Shown here one piece after another: positions 48,090 through 57,879 of a DNA stretch of 64,000 nt; position 1 is the stretch's first letter; each line of letters opens with the position of its first letter. Source of the DNA: Nitrosopumilus sp. (GTDB taxonomy: Archaea > Thermoproteota > Nitrososphaeria > Nitrososphaerales > Nitrosopumilaceae). A program made the position numbers and the translations under genes. Where the stretch lies: the NCBI GenBank assembly GCA_965249555.1, contig OZ252243.1, positions 1,376,001 through 1,440,000 of the forward strand, written 5' to 3'. The notes beneath the pieces are model-generated. The model searched no databases, was not told the origin of the DNA, and worked only from the letters and a program-made list of their open reading frames with translations.

Positions 48090-48515
48090 ATGAGTGAAGA
48101 ACAGGCACAGCAGTTAATGCAGCAAATGCAAATGCTTGAAACATATTTTTCTGATTTATCTCAAAGAGAAGGAACCTTTCTAAGTGTTTTAAGAGAGGCA
48201 ACTGCTGCAATTGAATCCATAAAATCTCTTAGTCAAAAACCTGAATCAGAAACTCTTGTTCCAATTGGAATCGGAACATATGTTCCTACAAAAATTTCAT
48301 CCACTAGCAAAATTGTTTTGAGTATCGGTGCAGGAGTTGCCGTGGAAAAAGATTTTCCTTCAGCTATAAACTATCTTGAGGCACATATTAAAGAAATTGA
48401 GGTTGCTTTACAAGATAACGCTGCAAAAAAACAAGATGCAGCAGCACGATTAGAACAAGGAAGAGAACAAATTAATCAATTAATGCAATCTGTGTCACAA
48501 CCAAAATCAGGATAA
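48090..48515 (+). CDS. pfdA: prefoldin alpha subunit
   Basis: Coiled coil - LVPIG.G.YV..IGAGVAVEK - coiled coil; upstream of ftsY. Confidence 0.93.
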   Translation: MSEEQAQQLMQQMQMLETYFSDLSQREGTFLSVLREATAAIESIKSLSQKPESETLVPIGIGTYVPTKISSTSKIVLSIGAGVAVEKDFPSAINYLEAHIKEIEVALQDNAAKKQDAAARLEQGREQINQLMQSVSQPKSG

Positions 48516-48519
48516 AAAT

Positions 48520-49971
48520 ATGTTTGATAAACTTCGTGATGCATTTTCGAATGCAGCGAAAAGTCTTGGTGAAAAGGAACTTAAAGAAAAAGATATTGAA
48601 GACATTCTTTTTGAATTAGAAATCTCTCTTTTAGAATCTGATGTAGCAAGTGAAGTAATTGATGAAATCAAATCTGATTTAAAAGAAAAATTAATTGGTT
48701 CAAAAATTGACAAACATCAAATTGAAAAATTTGTTAAAGATAGTTTAATTTCAAGCATTTCTGCATTATTTGACGCTGCAGAAAAAATTAATTTATTTGA
48801 AAAAATTAACGAAAAAAAGAAACAAGAACAACCTTTTTTGATTTTATTTGTTGGAATTAATGGAACTGGAAAAACTACCTCTTTAGCTAAAATTGCATAT
48901 ATGCTACAACAAGCAAAATATTCTATTGTTGTTGCAGCAGCAGATACTTTTAGAGCTGGTGCAATTGAACAATTACGAGAACATACTAATCGTCTTAATC
49001 TAAAACTTGTTGCACAGAATTATAATTCGGATCCTGCAGCCGTTGCTAGAGATGCTGTATTGTATGCCAAATCCCACAAAACAGATTGTGTGTTAATTGA
49101 TACTGCAGGAAGAATGCAAACAAACAAAAACTTGATGGAACAAATTGAGAAAATTAACAAAGTTGTAAATCCTGATATGACAATTTTTGTAGGTGATTCT
49201 TTAGCTGGAAATGATACTGTTAACCAAGCACGAGAATTCTTTGAACGTGTAAAATTCGATGCTTCTATTTTGACAAAAAGTGATGCAGATGCAAAAGGTG
49301 GTGCCGCTTTGTCAATTGTGAAAGTCACTTCTACTCCAGTTCTTTATGTTGGAACTGGACAAGAATATTCTGATCTAAAACCATTTGATAAAGAAACTTT
49401 TCTAGAAACAGTTTTTGGTTCATTAGGTGATGTTGATGTAAAGAAAATAGATGAACCAGACCCAACACCAGACCCAACACCAGACCCAACACCAGACCCA
49501 ACACCAGACCCAACACCAGACCCAACACCAGACCCAACACCAGACCCAACACCAGACCCAACACCAGACCCAACACCAGACCCAACACCAGACCCAACAC
49601 CAGACCCAACACCAGACCCAACACCAGACCCAACACCAGACCCAACACCAGACCCAACACCAGACCCAACACCAGACCCAACACCAGACCCAACACCAGA
49701 CCCAACACCAGACCCAACACCAGACCCAACACCAGACCCAACACCAGACCCAACACCAGACCCAACACCAGACCCAACACCAGACCCAACACCAGACCCA
49801 ACACCAGAATCCTCTTCTGATGATCCGTTTGAAGGAATTAGTGATAATGACATTGCAACTTATTCAGATCTATTTGATGTCCCTCCACCTGAAAACGATA
49901 ACGAAGCTAACAAACTAGCAAATAAGATTCATGAGTGGATTAAACGTGGTAGACTTGAGTCTAGTGAATAA
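48520..49971 (+). CDS. ftsY: signal recognition particle receptor FtsY with C-terminal (PDPT)29 extension
   Basis: GINGTGKTT, DTFRAGAIEQL, DTAGR, TKSD, GTGQ motifs. Confidence 0.97.
   Translation: MFDKLRDAFSNAAKSLGEKELKEKDIEDILFELEISLLESDVASEVIDEIKSDLKEKLIGSKIDKHQIEKFVKDSLISSISALFDAAEKINLFEKINEKKKQEQPFLILFVGINGTGKTTSLAKIAYMLQQAKYSIVVAAADTFRAGAIEQLREHTNRLNLKLVAQNYNSDPAAVARDAVLYAKSHKTDCVLIDTAGRMQTNKNLMEQIEKINKVVNPDMTIFVGDSLAGNDTVNQAREFFERVKFDASILTKSDADAKGGAALSIVKVTSTPVLYVGTGQEYSDLKPFDKETFLETVFGSLGDVDVKKIDEPDPTPDPTPDPTPDPTPDPTPDPTPDPTPDPTPDPTPDPTPDPTPDPTPDPTPDPTPDPTPDPTPDPTPDPTPDPTPDPTPDPTPDPTPDPTPDPTPDPTPDPTPDPTPDPTPDPTPESSSDDPFEGISDNDIATYSDLFDVPPPENDNEANKLANKIHEWIKRGRLESSE
49456..49803. repeat. 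perfect tandem repeat (CCAGACCCAACA) x29
   Basis: 348 bp = 29 identical 12-mers in frame within ftsY. Confidence 0.97.
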
Positions 49972-50024
49972 AAAGTTGAAGAAGAAAAACCTAAAAAGAA
50001 ACAAGGTATGTCTGGATTTGGGAA

Positions 50025-50939
50025 ATGAAACTCAAAACAAAAGATTTACTCACTTTAGCGGAATTAACCCCAAAGGAATTTGTGGAATTAATCGATTATT
50101 CAATTAAACTAAAAAAAGAACTCAAAAAAGGTGGAAACAAACCTATTTTGAAAAATAAAACATTGACAATGATTTTTCAAAAACCGTCTACTAGGACACG
50201 TGTAAGTTTTGAAATTGGAATGTATCAATTGGGTGGCTATGCAATTAATTTATCATCAAATGACATGCAGTTATCCCGTGGTGAATCTATTGAGGATACT
50301 GCAAAAACTCTCTCACGATATACTGATTGTATAATGGCGCGTGTCTATGAACATGAATTATTAGATAAACTGTCTGAACATGCAACTGTACCTGTAATAA
50401 ATGGCTTATCTGATTCTTTTCATCCTTGTCAAACTTTGGCAGATTTTATGACTATTAAAGAGAAGAAGAAAAAACTCAAAGGATTAAAGATTGCTTGGAT
50501 AGGGGATGGAAATAATGTTTGTAATTCTATGATTTATGGTGCTGCATTATCTGGAATTGACATATCAATTGCAACTCCTAAAGGACATGAACCTGACAAA
50601 ACTGTTGTTAAAGAATCAAAGAAATCAACTAACATTGAATTAACTACAGATCCATTCATTGCAACTAAAAATGCTGATGTAGTTGTTACTGATACCTTTT
50701 CATCTATTCATAACAGTAATCTAAAAAGAATTAAAAAATTTCTTCCCAAATATCAAATTAATTCCAAGTTAATGAAAACTGCAAAGAAAAATGCGATCTT
50801 TATGCATTGTCTTCCTGCTAAAAGAGAACAAGAAGTAACATCATCCGTAATTGATGGTTATCAATCAGTTGTTTGGGATGAGGCAGAAAATCGTCTTCAT
50901 ACTCAAAAGGCATTACTTGCTGCTCTTATTCACGCTTAA
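50025..50939 (+). CDS. argF: ornithine carbamoyltransferase
   Basis: STRTRVSF, HPCQ, GDGNNV, FMHCLP, EAENR. Confidence 0.97.
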   Translation: MKLKTKDLLTLAELTPKEFVELIDYSIKLKKELKKGGNKPILKNKTLTMIFQKPSTRTRVSFEIGMYQLGGYAINLSSNDMQLSRGESIEDTAKTLSRYTDCIMARVYEHELLDKLSEHATVPVINGLSDSFHPCQTLADFMTIKEKKKKLKGLKIAWIGDGNNVCNSMIYGAALSGIDISIATPKGHEPDKTVVKESKKSTNIELTTDPFIATKNADVVVTDTFSSIHNSNLKRIKKFLPKYQINSKLMKTAKKNAIFMHCLPAKREQEVTSSVIDGYQSVVWDEAENRLHTQKALLAALIHA

Positions 50940-50975
50940 CGTATATAAGAGAAGATTCAAACTCGGTTTCTATAG

Positions 50976-51458
50976 ATGGCCTATTCAAAAATATTGAGAA
51001 GACTTAGAGAAGAAAAGACCAATTATAAAAAACGTGGAACCATGTTGATGGGTAAACGTGATTTTATCACTGTAAATATTTCTAATGAAAATACCCAAGT
51101 CCAAATTCTTACGCCTGGTATGACTGGTGATAAGGTTGTTGCATCTGCACATTCTAGATATTTAATTGAAAAAGGATGGAAAGGATCTAGAAAGAGTGTA
51201 CCGGCAGCATATCTTACAGGATACTTGGCAGGCAAGAAAGCACTTGGTAAAGGTGCAAGTGATGCTATTCTTTATACCGGAACTAAAAGATACACGCAAA
51301 GAATGGCAGCAGCTCTGAAAGGAGTTATTGATGCTGGTCTTAAAGTCCCAGCTGACCAAGAAACATTTCCATCTGATGATAGAATAAATGGAGATCATCT
51401 TACTGTTAAAAATGATATTTCAAAAATGAAATCAACTATTGATAGTGAGGTTAAATAG
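50976..51458 (+). CDS. rpl18: 50S ribosomal protein L18
   Basis: RRLREEKTNY, AAYLTGYL, GVIDAGL. Confidence 0.97.
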   Translation: MAYSKILRRLREEKTNYKKRGTMLMGKRDFITVNISNENTQVQILTPGMTGDKVVASAHSRYLIEKGWKGSRKSVPAAYLTGYLAGKKALGKGASDAILYTGTKRYTQRMAAALKGVIDAGLKVPADQETFPSDDRINGDHLTVKNDISKMKSTIDSEVK

Positions 51459-51460
51459 AA

Positions 51461-52186
51461 ATGAGTCAAGCAACACAATCCAAAGGCACACAAGGACAAT
51501 CAAGAGGTGGTCCACGAGGACGTGCACCTGTATATGGACGAGGTCCACCAGGAGGAAATAGCGATCGTCCAAGAAGACCAAGAAGAGAACCCGTAGAAGA
51601 GGTTTGGGTTCCAAAAACTATTTTGGGACAAAAAGTTGCATCCGGAGAAATTACTTCACTTGAAGAAATAATTGAATCCGGATTAAGAATTCAAGAAGCG
51701 GGAATTATCAAGAAACTACTTCCAGATTTGAAAAGTGAAGTTGTTGATGTGGGAATTATTCAAAAAATGACTTCAAATGGTCAATCTACCCGATTCAAAG
51801 CAATTGTTGCAGCTGGAAATGAAAATGGCTACTTGGGAATTGGTAGGGGAAAATCAAAACAGATGCGAATCGCTATTGAGAAAGCAACAAGTCAAGCTTT
51901 TCTTAATGTCAATCCAATCAAACTAGGATGTGGCAGTTGGGAATGCAGATGTGATCAAAAACATTCTATCCCATTCAAGGTTAAAGGAAAGGGTGGAAGT
52001 GTCACAATAGAAATTATTCCAGCACCTCGTGGATTAGGTCTAGTTGCTGGCGGTAAAATTAAACGATTATTGGAATTAGCAGGTCTTAAAGATGCATGGA
52101 CTACTGCAAAAGGCTCTACTCCTACAATGAGTTCAACTTCAAAAGCTGTATTGGATTGTCTTAGACAGACATTTAGTCAGGGTTGA
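51461..52186 (+). CDS. rps5: 30S ribosomal protein S5
   Basis: WVPKT.LG, GCGSWEC, PAPRGLGLVAG. Confidence 0.97.
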   Translation: MSQATQSKGTQGQSRGGPRGRAPVYGRGPPGGNSDRPRRPRREPVEEVWVPKTILGQKVASGEITSLEEIIESGLRIQEAGIIKKLLPDLKSEVVDVGIIQKMTSNGQSTRFKAIVAAGNENGYLGIGRGKSKQMRIAIEKATSQAFLNVNPIKLGCGSWECRCDQKHSIPFKVKGKGGSVTIEIIPAPRGLGLVAGGKIKRLLELAGLKDAWTTAKGSTPTMSSTSKAVLDCLRQTFSQG

Positions 52187-52659
52187 TAAAAATGGTAAAA
52201 GCATATCTTGTTGTTAGAATTAAAGGTCAAGCTGATTGTCCATATTGGGCAACAACCACTATGACTTTGTTAAAATTAGACAAAAAATATCGTGCAACAA
52301 TCTTACCTGCTAAAGATAATACTTTGGGAATGTTAAGAAAAGTACAGCACTACGTATCTTGGGTTGAACTTGACACAGATTTGGCAAAAGAATTGATTGA
52401 AAAGAAAGCAAGAAAATCTGGTTATAAGAAAATAAACGCTGAAGATCTAAAAGAACTTGGTTTTGCAAGTTCTGATGAGTTGGCAACAGCTTTGGCTGAT
52501 GGCAAAGCTACTTTATCTAAATTAAAACCTCTAAAACCTTGGTTTGCTTTAGCACCTCCAAGACATGGATTCAAGAGAAGCACTAAGAAACTATATGGTC
52601 AAAAAGGTGTCCTTGGACAAAATAAAGAACTTGGTAATATGGTAAGGAATATGATATAG
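52183..52659 (+). CDS. rpl30: 50S ribosomal protein L30
   Basis: VVRIKG, GMLRKV, F.LAPPR.GF; spc-operon position. Confidence 0.95.
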   Translation: MIKMVKAYLVVRIKGQADCPYWATTTMTLLKLDKKYRATILPAKDNTLGMLRKVQHYVSWVELDTDLAKELIEKKARKSGYKKINAEDLKELGFASSDELATALADGKATLSKLKPLKPWFALAPPRHGFKRSTKKLYGQKGVLGQNKELGNMVRNMI

Positions 52660-52660
52660 T

Positions 52661-53086
52661 ATGGCAACAAGATTACGAAAAACTAGAAGACTTAGAGGAG
52701 GACGACATATGGGTTGGGGACAAGTAGGTCAACATCGCGCAAGTGGTCATAAGGGTGGTCTTGGAAATACCGGTATGATGAAACATCATTACAGTTCTAT
52801 GCTAAAATTTGACCCAGATCATTATGGTCATGATTCAACTAAACCACCTCACCCAAATATTACAAAGAAATGGGCTAGCGTCCGAGATCTTGATGACTTG
52901 TTCTCCAAGTTCGGTAAAGAAGAAGGAGGAAAGAAAATCGTAGACCTTGAAAATGCAGGATATGAAAAACTCCTTGGCGGCGGAAAACTAACTAACGCTT
53001 ATTCCGTCAAAGTAAAACAATTTACAGCATCTGCAGAAGAGAAATTAAAAGCAGTAGGGGGAGAGGTGTTATCTGATAATGGCTGA
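52661..53086 (+). CDS. rpl15: 50S ribosomal protein L15
   Basis: RGGRHMGWG..HR..G.KGG.G, KLLGGG, A.EK..AVGG. Confidence 0.96.
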   Translation: MATRLRKTRRLRGGRHMGWGQVGQHRASGHKGGLGNTGMMKHHYSSMLKFDPDHYGHDSTKPPHPNITKKWASVRDLDDLFSKFGKEEGGKKIVDLENAGYEKLLGGGKLTNAYSVKVKQFTASAEEKLKAVGGEVLSDNG

Positions 53087-54509
53087 AGGTAGTATTACTG
53101 CAATTATCAGAAAAGTCGTTTTTAAAGTAGAACCTTATCTTCCTCAAGTACCAAAACCAAAAAAGAAGATTACTCTTCAAAAACGATTGTTATGGTGTGG
53201 CGTTATATTATTAATTTACATGGTAATGGGCCAAACACCATTATTTGGAGCCACAGCACCACAGTTTGATTTTCTAGCATTTGCTAGAGTTATTTTTGCA
53301 TCACAACAAGGTACCCTAGTTGAATTAGGAATAGGACCGATAGTTACAGCTGGTCTCTTGATGCAATTATTGAGAGGTTCTGACATTCTCAAATTTGATT
53401 TCAAAAAACCTGAAGAAAGAGGAATATTTCAAACAGCTACTAAAATAGTCACATACATTGTCATTGTAGTCGAATCTATTGTATATGCTATAGCAGTTTA
53501 TGGTCCTGGGGTTACTGAACCATACTTTTTGTATGTAATGATTGGCCAGCTGATGGGCGCGTCGATAATTATTATGTTCTTAGATGAAACAATCCAAAAA
53601 GGTTGGGGTCTTGGTAGTGGAATCAGTTTATTCATTATGGCAGGTGTTGCTCAACAGATTCTTTGGAGCATGTTTAGCCCGTTACCTGCAGGTGATGGTG
53701 GAATGATTGGCATCATACCGTACATAGGCCAATCTATAATGAATGGCGATGTTTCAAATATTTTATTCCGTGCAAATCAACTGCCGAGTATCTTTGGGCT
53801 GTGTCTAACTGGAGGAATATTGTTAATACTTGTATTTACACAGGGAATGAAAATTGAGATTCCAATTGTCTCTACAAAATACAGGGGTTTCTCTGCTGTA
53901 TACCCAATTAAATTGATGTATGTATCTAACATTCCTGTAATCTTAGCATCTGCTCTAACTGCAAATGCTGTTTTCATCTTCCAAATGTTATGGTCAAACA
54001 TGAACCCGCGTAACAATAATTTCTTTATGAATTTTATAGCGCAATTTGATCCAACAAATCCTAATACCCCAATAGGTGGTATCATCTATTACATCACTCC
54101 TCCACGGGGTTTAGATGTTGCAATTTTAGATCCTATGCGTGCAGTAGGCTATGTTCTGTTTATGATTGGAATTGTAGTTGTATTTGGTAAGTTATGGGTA
54201 GAACTTGGCGGTTTATCACCAAAGAGTGCAGCTCAGAATTTACTTGATGCAGATGTTCAAATTCCTGGATTTAGAAGATCAAACAAACCAGTTGAAGCAT
54301 TACTGAACAAGTACATTCCATCAGTTACCATCATTGGCTCTATGATTTTGGGTCTATTAGCAGGTGTATCTGATGTTCTTGGTGTATTTGGTTCTGGAAT
54401 TGGAATTTTACTTATGGTAGATATTCTCATCAACTATTATACACAGTTAGTGAGAGAACAAGTCGAAGTCGTTATGCCGCGTTTGGGTGCTTTGCTTGGA
54501 AGAAAATAA
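53079..54509 (+). CDS. secY: protein translocase subunit SecY
   Basis: ELGIGPIVTA, GWGLGSGISLFI, YVSNIPVIL, IPGFRR. Confidence 0.98.
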   Translation: MAEGSITAIIRKVVFKVEPYLPQVPKPKKKITLQKRLLWCGVILLIYMVMGQTPLFGATAPQFDFLAFARVIFASQQGTLVELGIGPIVTAGLLMQLLRGSDILKFDFKKPEERGIFQTATKIVTYIVIVVESIVYAIAVYGPGVTEPYFLYVMIGQLMGASIIIMFLDETIQKGWGLGSGISLFIMAGVAQQILWSMFSPLPAGDGGMIGIIPYIGQSIMNGDVSNILFRANQLPSIFGLCLTGGILLILVFTQGMKIEIPIVSTKYRGFSAVYPIKLMYVSNIPVILASALTANAVFIFQMLWSNMNPRNNNFFMNFIAQFDPTNPNTPIGGIIYYITPPRGLDVAILDPMRAVGYVLFMIGIVVVFGKLWVELGGLSPKSAAQNLLDADVQIPGFRRSNKPVEALLNKYIPSVTIIGSMILGLLAGVSDVLGVFGSGIGILLMVDILINYYTQLVREQVEVVMPRLGALLGRK

Positions 54510-55074
54510 GAAAATTATAATGACTGGGATACCAGGTGTTGGAAAAACAACTCTGTTATCCAAAATTGTTGAAATCATACAAAGTCATGGTAAAAGTGTC
54601 AATGTAGTGAGTTTTGGAACTATGATGTTTGAAATCGCCAAGGAAAATGGTTTGAAAGATAGAGATGGGCTCAGAAAATTACCCGTAACAGAGCAACAAA
54701 ATCTCCAAAAAATTGTTGCAGAAAAAATTGCTGCACTACATGATCAAATTGTGATCATTGACACTCACGCATTTATTAATTCTCCAGAAGGATACTATCC
54801 TGGATTACCTGAACATGTTTTAAAAATTATCAAACCAACAAACTTTGTTTCTGTTTCTGCAAAATCTGAAGAAATCTACAATAGACGAATGAAAGATGAT
54901 ACCCGAAATAGAGATAAAATTACTCTAATTAACATTAAAAAAGAATTAGAATATCAATCAGGTATGATTTCTGCATGTGTAGTGATTACCGGTTCCCCAG
55001 TAAGACATATTCTTAATGATGAGGGAAAGGTTGATGAAGCAGTAGATAAAATAATTAGTTCAATAGGGCTGTAA
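54496..55074 (+). CDS. adkA: archaeal adenylate kinase
   Basis: GIPGVGKTT, DTH, GYYPGLP, RR..D.TR.RD; follows secY. Confidence 0.95.
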   Translation: MEENKKIIMTGIPGVGKTTLLSKIVEIIQSHGKSVNVVSFGTMMFEIAKENGLKDRDGLRKLPVTEQQNLQKIVAEKIAALHDQIVIIDTHAFINSPEGYYPGLPEHVLKIIKPTNFVSVSAKSEEIYNRRMKDDTRNRDKITLINIKKELEYQSGMISACVVITGSPVRHILNDEGKVDEAVDKIISSIGL

Positions 55075-55077
55075 AAA

Positions 55078-55683
55078 ATGGATTTTAACTTTATACTACT
55101 TTTCCTTCATGATTCTCTTACAGAAGGTAGGCATGCTCTAGGAAGCGATGATCCAATAATTCAAGGACTGATTCTTTCAATGTTTTGCGTAACTGGATTT
55201 GGCATTGTTCTCAATTTGTTTAATGCTGGAGTTAGAAAGAAGATGGTTGATCAAGTAAAACTAAAACGCATTATGAAAGAGACTCGTGCATGGCAAAAAG
55301 AAAGAATGAGGGCCATGAGATCTAAAGATTTAGAAAAAACAGCTGAACTAAACAAAAAATCATCATACATGAACAAAATGTCAATGGAAATGATGCAGAT
55401 GAATATGAGACCTATGATGATTACCTTTATACCTTTGATCTTGATATTTTATCTTGTACTGCCACAATTGTTCTCATACACTGTAGCTATATCACCAATT
55501 CCACTAAATGTAATTCCGGGAGATTTCTTCACATTAACATGCACTGCCATGCAAGCAGCAGATCCAGATCATATTTGTTTTGGCAAAGAAAATTCAATAT
55601 ATCTTTGGGCATGGTATTTTCTTTCCTCTATTGCTTTTAGTGGTATGATTATGAAACTAACAAAAACAACAATGGGCACTTGA
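55078..55683 (+). CDS. EMC3/TMCO1 (DUF106) membrane insertase-family protein
   Basis: TM-coiled coil-MRPMMIT.IP-TM, WYFL.S; adk-DUF106-cmk synteny. Confidence 0.9.
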   Translation: MDFNFILLFLHDSLTEGRHALGSDDPIIQGLILSMFCVTGFGIVLNLFNAGVRKKMVDQVKLKRIMKETRAWQKERMRAMRSKDLEKTAELNKKSSYMNKMSMEMMQMNMRPMMITFIPLILIFYLVLPQLFSYTVAISPIPLNVIPGDFFTLTCTAMQAADPDHICFGKENSIYLWAWYFLSSIAFSGMIMKLTKTTMGT

Positions 55684-56240
55684 CAAAATCCATTGTTATT
55701 TCTGGTCCCCCTGCAGTGGGAAAAACAACTGTTGCTAAAGGATTAGCAGAAGAATTTCAATTACAATATCTTAGCGGTGGTGATGTCCTAAAAGAAATGG
55801 CAAAAGAACAAGGTTTTGATTCTGATGGTGATGATTGGTGGGATACTGATGATGGAATGAAATTTCTCAACCAACGTGAACAAAATTTTGAATTTGACAA
55901 AAAATTGGATGATAAATTAATTGCACTCTTCAATCAAGGTGGAATGGTAATCACTAGTTACACATTACCTTGGCTAATCAAAGATGGCATCAAAATTTGG
56001 TTAGAGGGTTCTCATACAAGTAGTACTGAAAGGATGCAATCAAGAGATAACATGAGTTCTAAAGATGCTTATGAAATTACAAAAGAACGATTTGACAAGA
56101 ATAAAGCATTGTACAAAAAATTATACAATTTTGATTTTGGCGATGATACGTCTGTATTTGATTTAATAATTAATACAGATAATCTTACAGCCCAACAAGT
56201 AATAGATGTTACAAAAGAAACTGTGAGAAAATTACTATGA
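55680..56240 (+). CDS. cmk: cytidylate kinase (archaeal type)
   Basis: ISGPPAVGKTT, SGG..K, RD, Y..LY..D, FDLIINT. Confidence 0.9.
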   Translation: MTKSIVISGPPAVGKTTVAKGLAEEFQLQYLSGGDVLKEMAKEQGFDSDGDDWWDTDDGMKFLNQREQNFEFDKKLDDKLIALFNQGGMVITSYTLPWLIKDGIKIWLEGSHTSSTERMQSRDNMSSKDAYEITKERFDKNKALYKKLYNFDFGDDTSVFDLIINTDNLTAQQVIDVTKETVRKLL

Positions 56241-57238
56241 CCCTCAAACAACTTGAAAATCTTATTGAAATTGATCAGGATATTACAGATAATGCTTATG
56301 GAACATATTATGATAAAAGAACAATTGAGCAATTACTAAATTATGGGCTCATTATATTGGACAAACCACCTGGTCCTACAAGTCATGAAACTGTAGCTTG
56401 GACCAAACGCATTTTGAAACTTCCAAAGATTGGTCACAGTGGAACCCTTGATCCTCAAGTTTCAGGAGTTTTACCATTGGGGCTTGGGGAAGCTACAAAA
56501 GCATTAGGAGTTTTACTTTATGGTCCAAAAGAATATCATGCATTAGGACGAGTTCATTCTCTACCCTCTAAAGAAAAACTTGAAGAAATAATTGATTTGT
56601 TTCGAGGAGAAATTTATCAAAAACCTCCTCAACGTTCAGCCGTTGTAAGACAAACAAGAACTAGAACTATCCATGAATTTGAAGTGTTAGAACAAAAAGA
56701 ACGATTACTCTTAACTAGAATTTTATGTGAATCTGGAACCTATATCCGAAAATTGTACTATGATTTAGGAGAAATTCTTGGACCTGGTGCTACAATGATT
56801 GAGCTTAGACGAACCAGAGTGGATCAATTTTATGAAACTGATGGTTTAGTGACTCTTCATGAACTTGCAGATGCATTTGCAGTTTGGGAGGAGAAAAAAG
56901 ATGATACTAAATTAATGAAGATGATCAAGCCTGTTGAATATGCATTTAGTGAGTTAAAGTCAGTAGTAATTCGTGATTCTGCAGTAGATGCCATGTGTCA
57001 TGGCGCACAACTTGCAATACCTGGTATTTTGGAAATTTCTCCAAATCTAAAGAAAGGAGATATTGTTGGAATTTATACACAAAAAGGAGAGGCTGTTGCT
57101 TTAGCAGAGTCATCTATGTCTGAAGAAGAAATTCGTGATGCTACTAAGGGATATGCATTTGAAACAAGAAGAATCATTATGGCTCCAAACACTTATCCAA
57201 AAAAATGGAGAACAAAACCAACCCCTCCAAAGGATTAA
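56237..57238 (+). CDS. cbf5: H/ACA RNA-guided pseudouridine synthase Cbf5
   Basis: DKPPGPTSH, GHSGTLDP, CESGTYIR, PUA domain. Confidence 0.97.
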   Translation: MTLKQLENLIEIDQDITDNAYGTYYDKRTIEQLLNYGLIILDKPPGPTSHETVAWTKRILKLPKIGHSGTLDPQVSGVLPLGLGEATKALGVLLYGPKEYHALGRVHSLPSKEKLEEIIDLFRGEIYQKPPQRSAVVRQTRTRTIHEFEVLEQKERLLLTRILCESGTYIRKLYYDLGEILGPGATMIELRRTRVDQFYETDGLVTLHELADAFAVWEEKKDDTKLMKMIKPVEYAFSELKSVVIRDSAVDAMCHGAQLAIPGILEISPNLKKGDIVGIYTQKGEAVALAESSMSEEEIRDATKGYAFETRRIIMAPNTYPKKWRTKPTPPKD

Positions 57239-57711
57239 AAAATCAAGAAATTATTTTAAAAGAATTGTTAGCAAAAAGCCTCGTGCTCTTTATTGGTGTT
57301 GGTTTGATTTCTGGATTTGCATTTGGTGTTTATTTGCTTGATGTAAAAAATACTAGTCAATTAATTTTTGTTGAAGGACCATCAATTTCTGTAGTTACAG
57401 AAAAAATTGATTTTAAAGTAGGCGAAGAGATAAAAATTCGAATTGTAAATTCCGGAACTATTCCAATGATCTTCTCTGATACATCATATGGTCTTAGAAT
57501 TACTACCTTAGCTGGAGGATTGTTGTATTTGCCAGTTTCTGCACAAATGATCTCTACTCTGGAACCTAGTGATGAAATTGAATTTTCATGGGATCAAATA
57601 AAAAATGATGGCGATGCAGTTTTGGAGGGTATTTACAAGATATCTGCAAAGGCAGTAGATAATCAAGGAAATCAAGTAGAGAAATCTACTACTGTTACAA
57701 TTTGGAAATAG
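57205..57711 (+). CDS. membrane-anchored Ig-like hypothetical protein
   Basis: N-terminal TM helix, then beta-rich domain ending WDQ...G...GIYKI; start uncertain. Confidence 0.7.
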   Translation: MENKTNPSKGLKNQEIILKELLAKSLVLFIGVGLISGFAFGVYLLDVKNTSQLIFVEGPSISVVTEKIDFKVGEEIKIRIVNSGTIPMIFSDTSYGLRITTLAGGLLYLPVSAQMISTLEPSDEIEFSWDQIKNDGDAVLEGIYKISAKAVDNQGNQVEKSTTVTIWK

Positions 57712-57778
57712 TTTTTCAATTTCTAAATAACACAATATATAATCAAATCTTCCCAAATAATTTTGTCGTAAGACTTGT

Positions 57779-57879
57779 GCCGGGGTCGCCTAGCCTGGTA
57801 GGGCGCGCGCCTGGAAATAATTAACCATAAAGCGCGTTCTCGCAAGGGAACGGGAGTTCAAATCTCCCTCCCGGCGCCA
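57779..57879 (+). tRNA. tRNA-Ser(GGA) with 14-nt intron at 37/38 (57817-57830), encoded CCA
   Basis: GCCGGGG acceptor, CGCGC-CTGGAA[ATAATTAACCATAA]A-GCGCG anticodon arm, long variable arm TTCTCGCAAGGGAA, GGGAGTTCAAATCTCCC T-arm. Confidence 0.95.

Noticed and set aside
49456-49803. CRISPR array or alternative-frame repeat proteins (LGLV, GSGV, QTQH ORFs)
   Set aside because: Units are contiguous with no spacers and no cas genes are present; the other ORFs are just stop-free frames of the repeat inside ftsY
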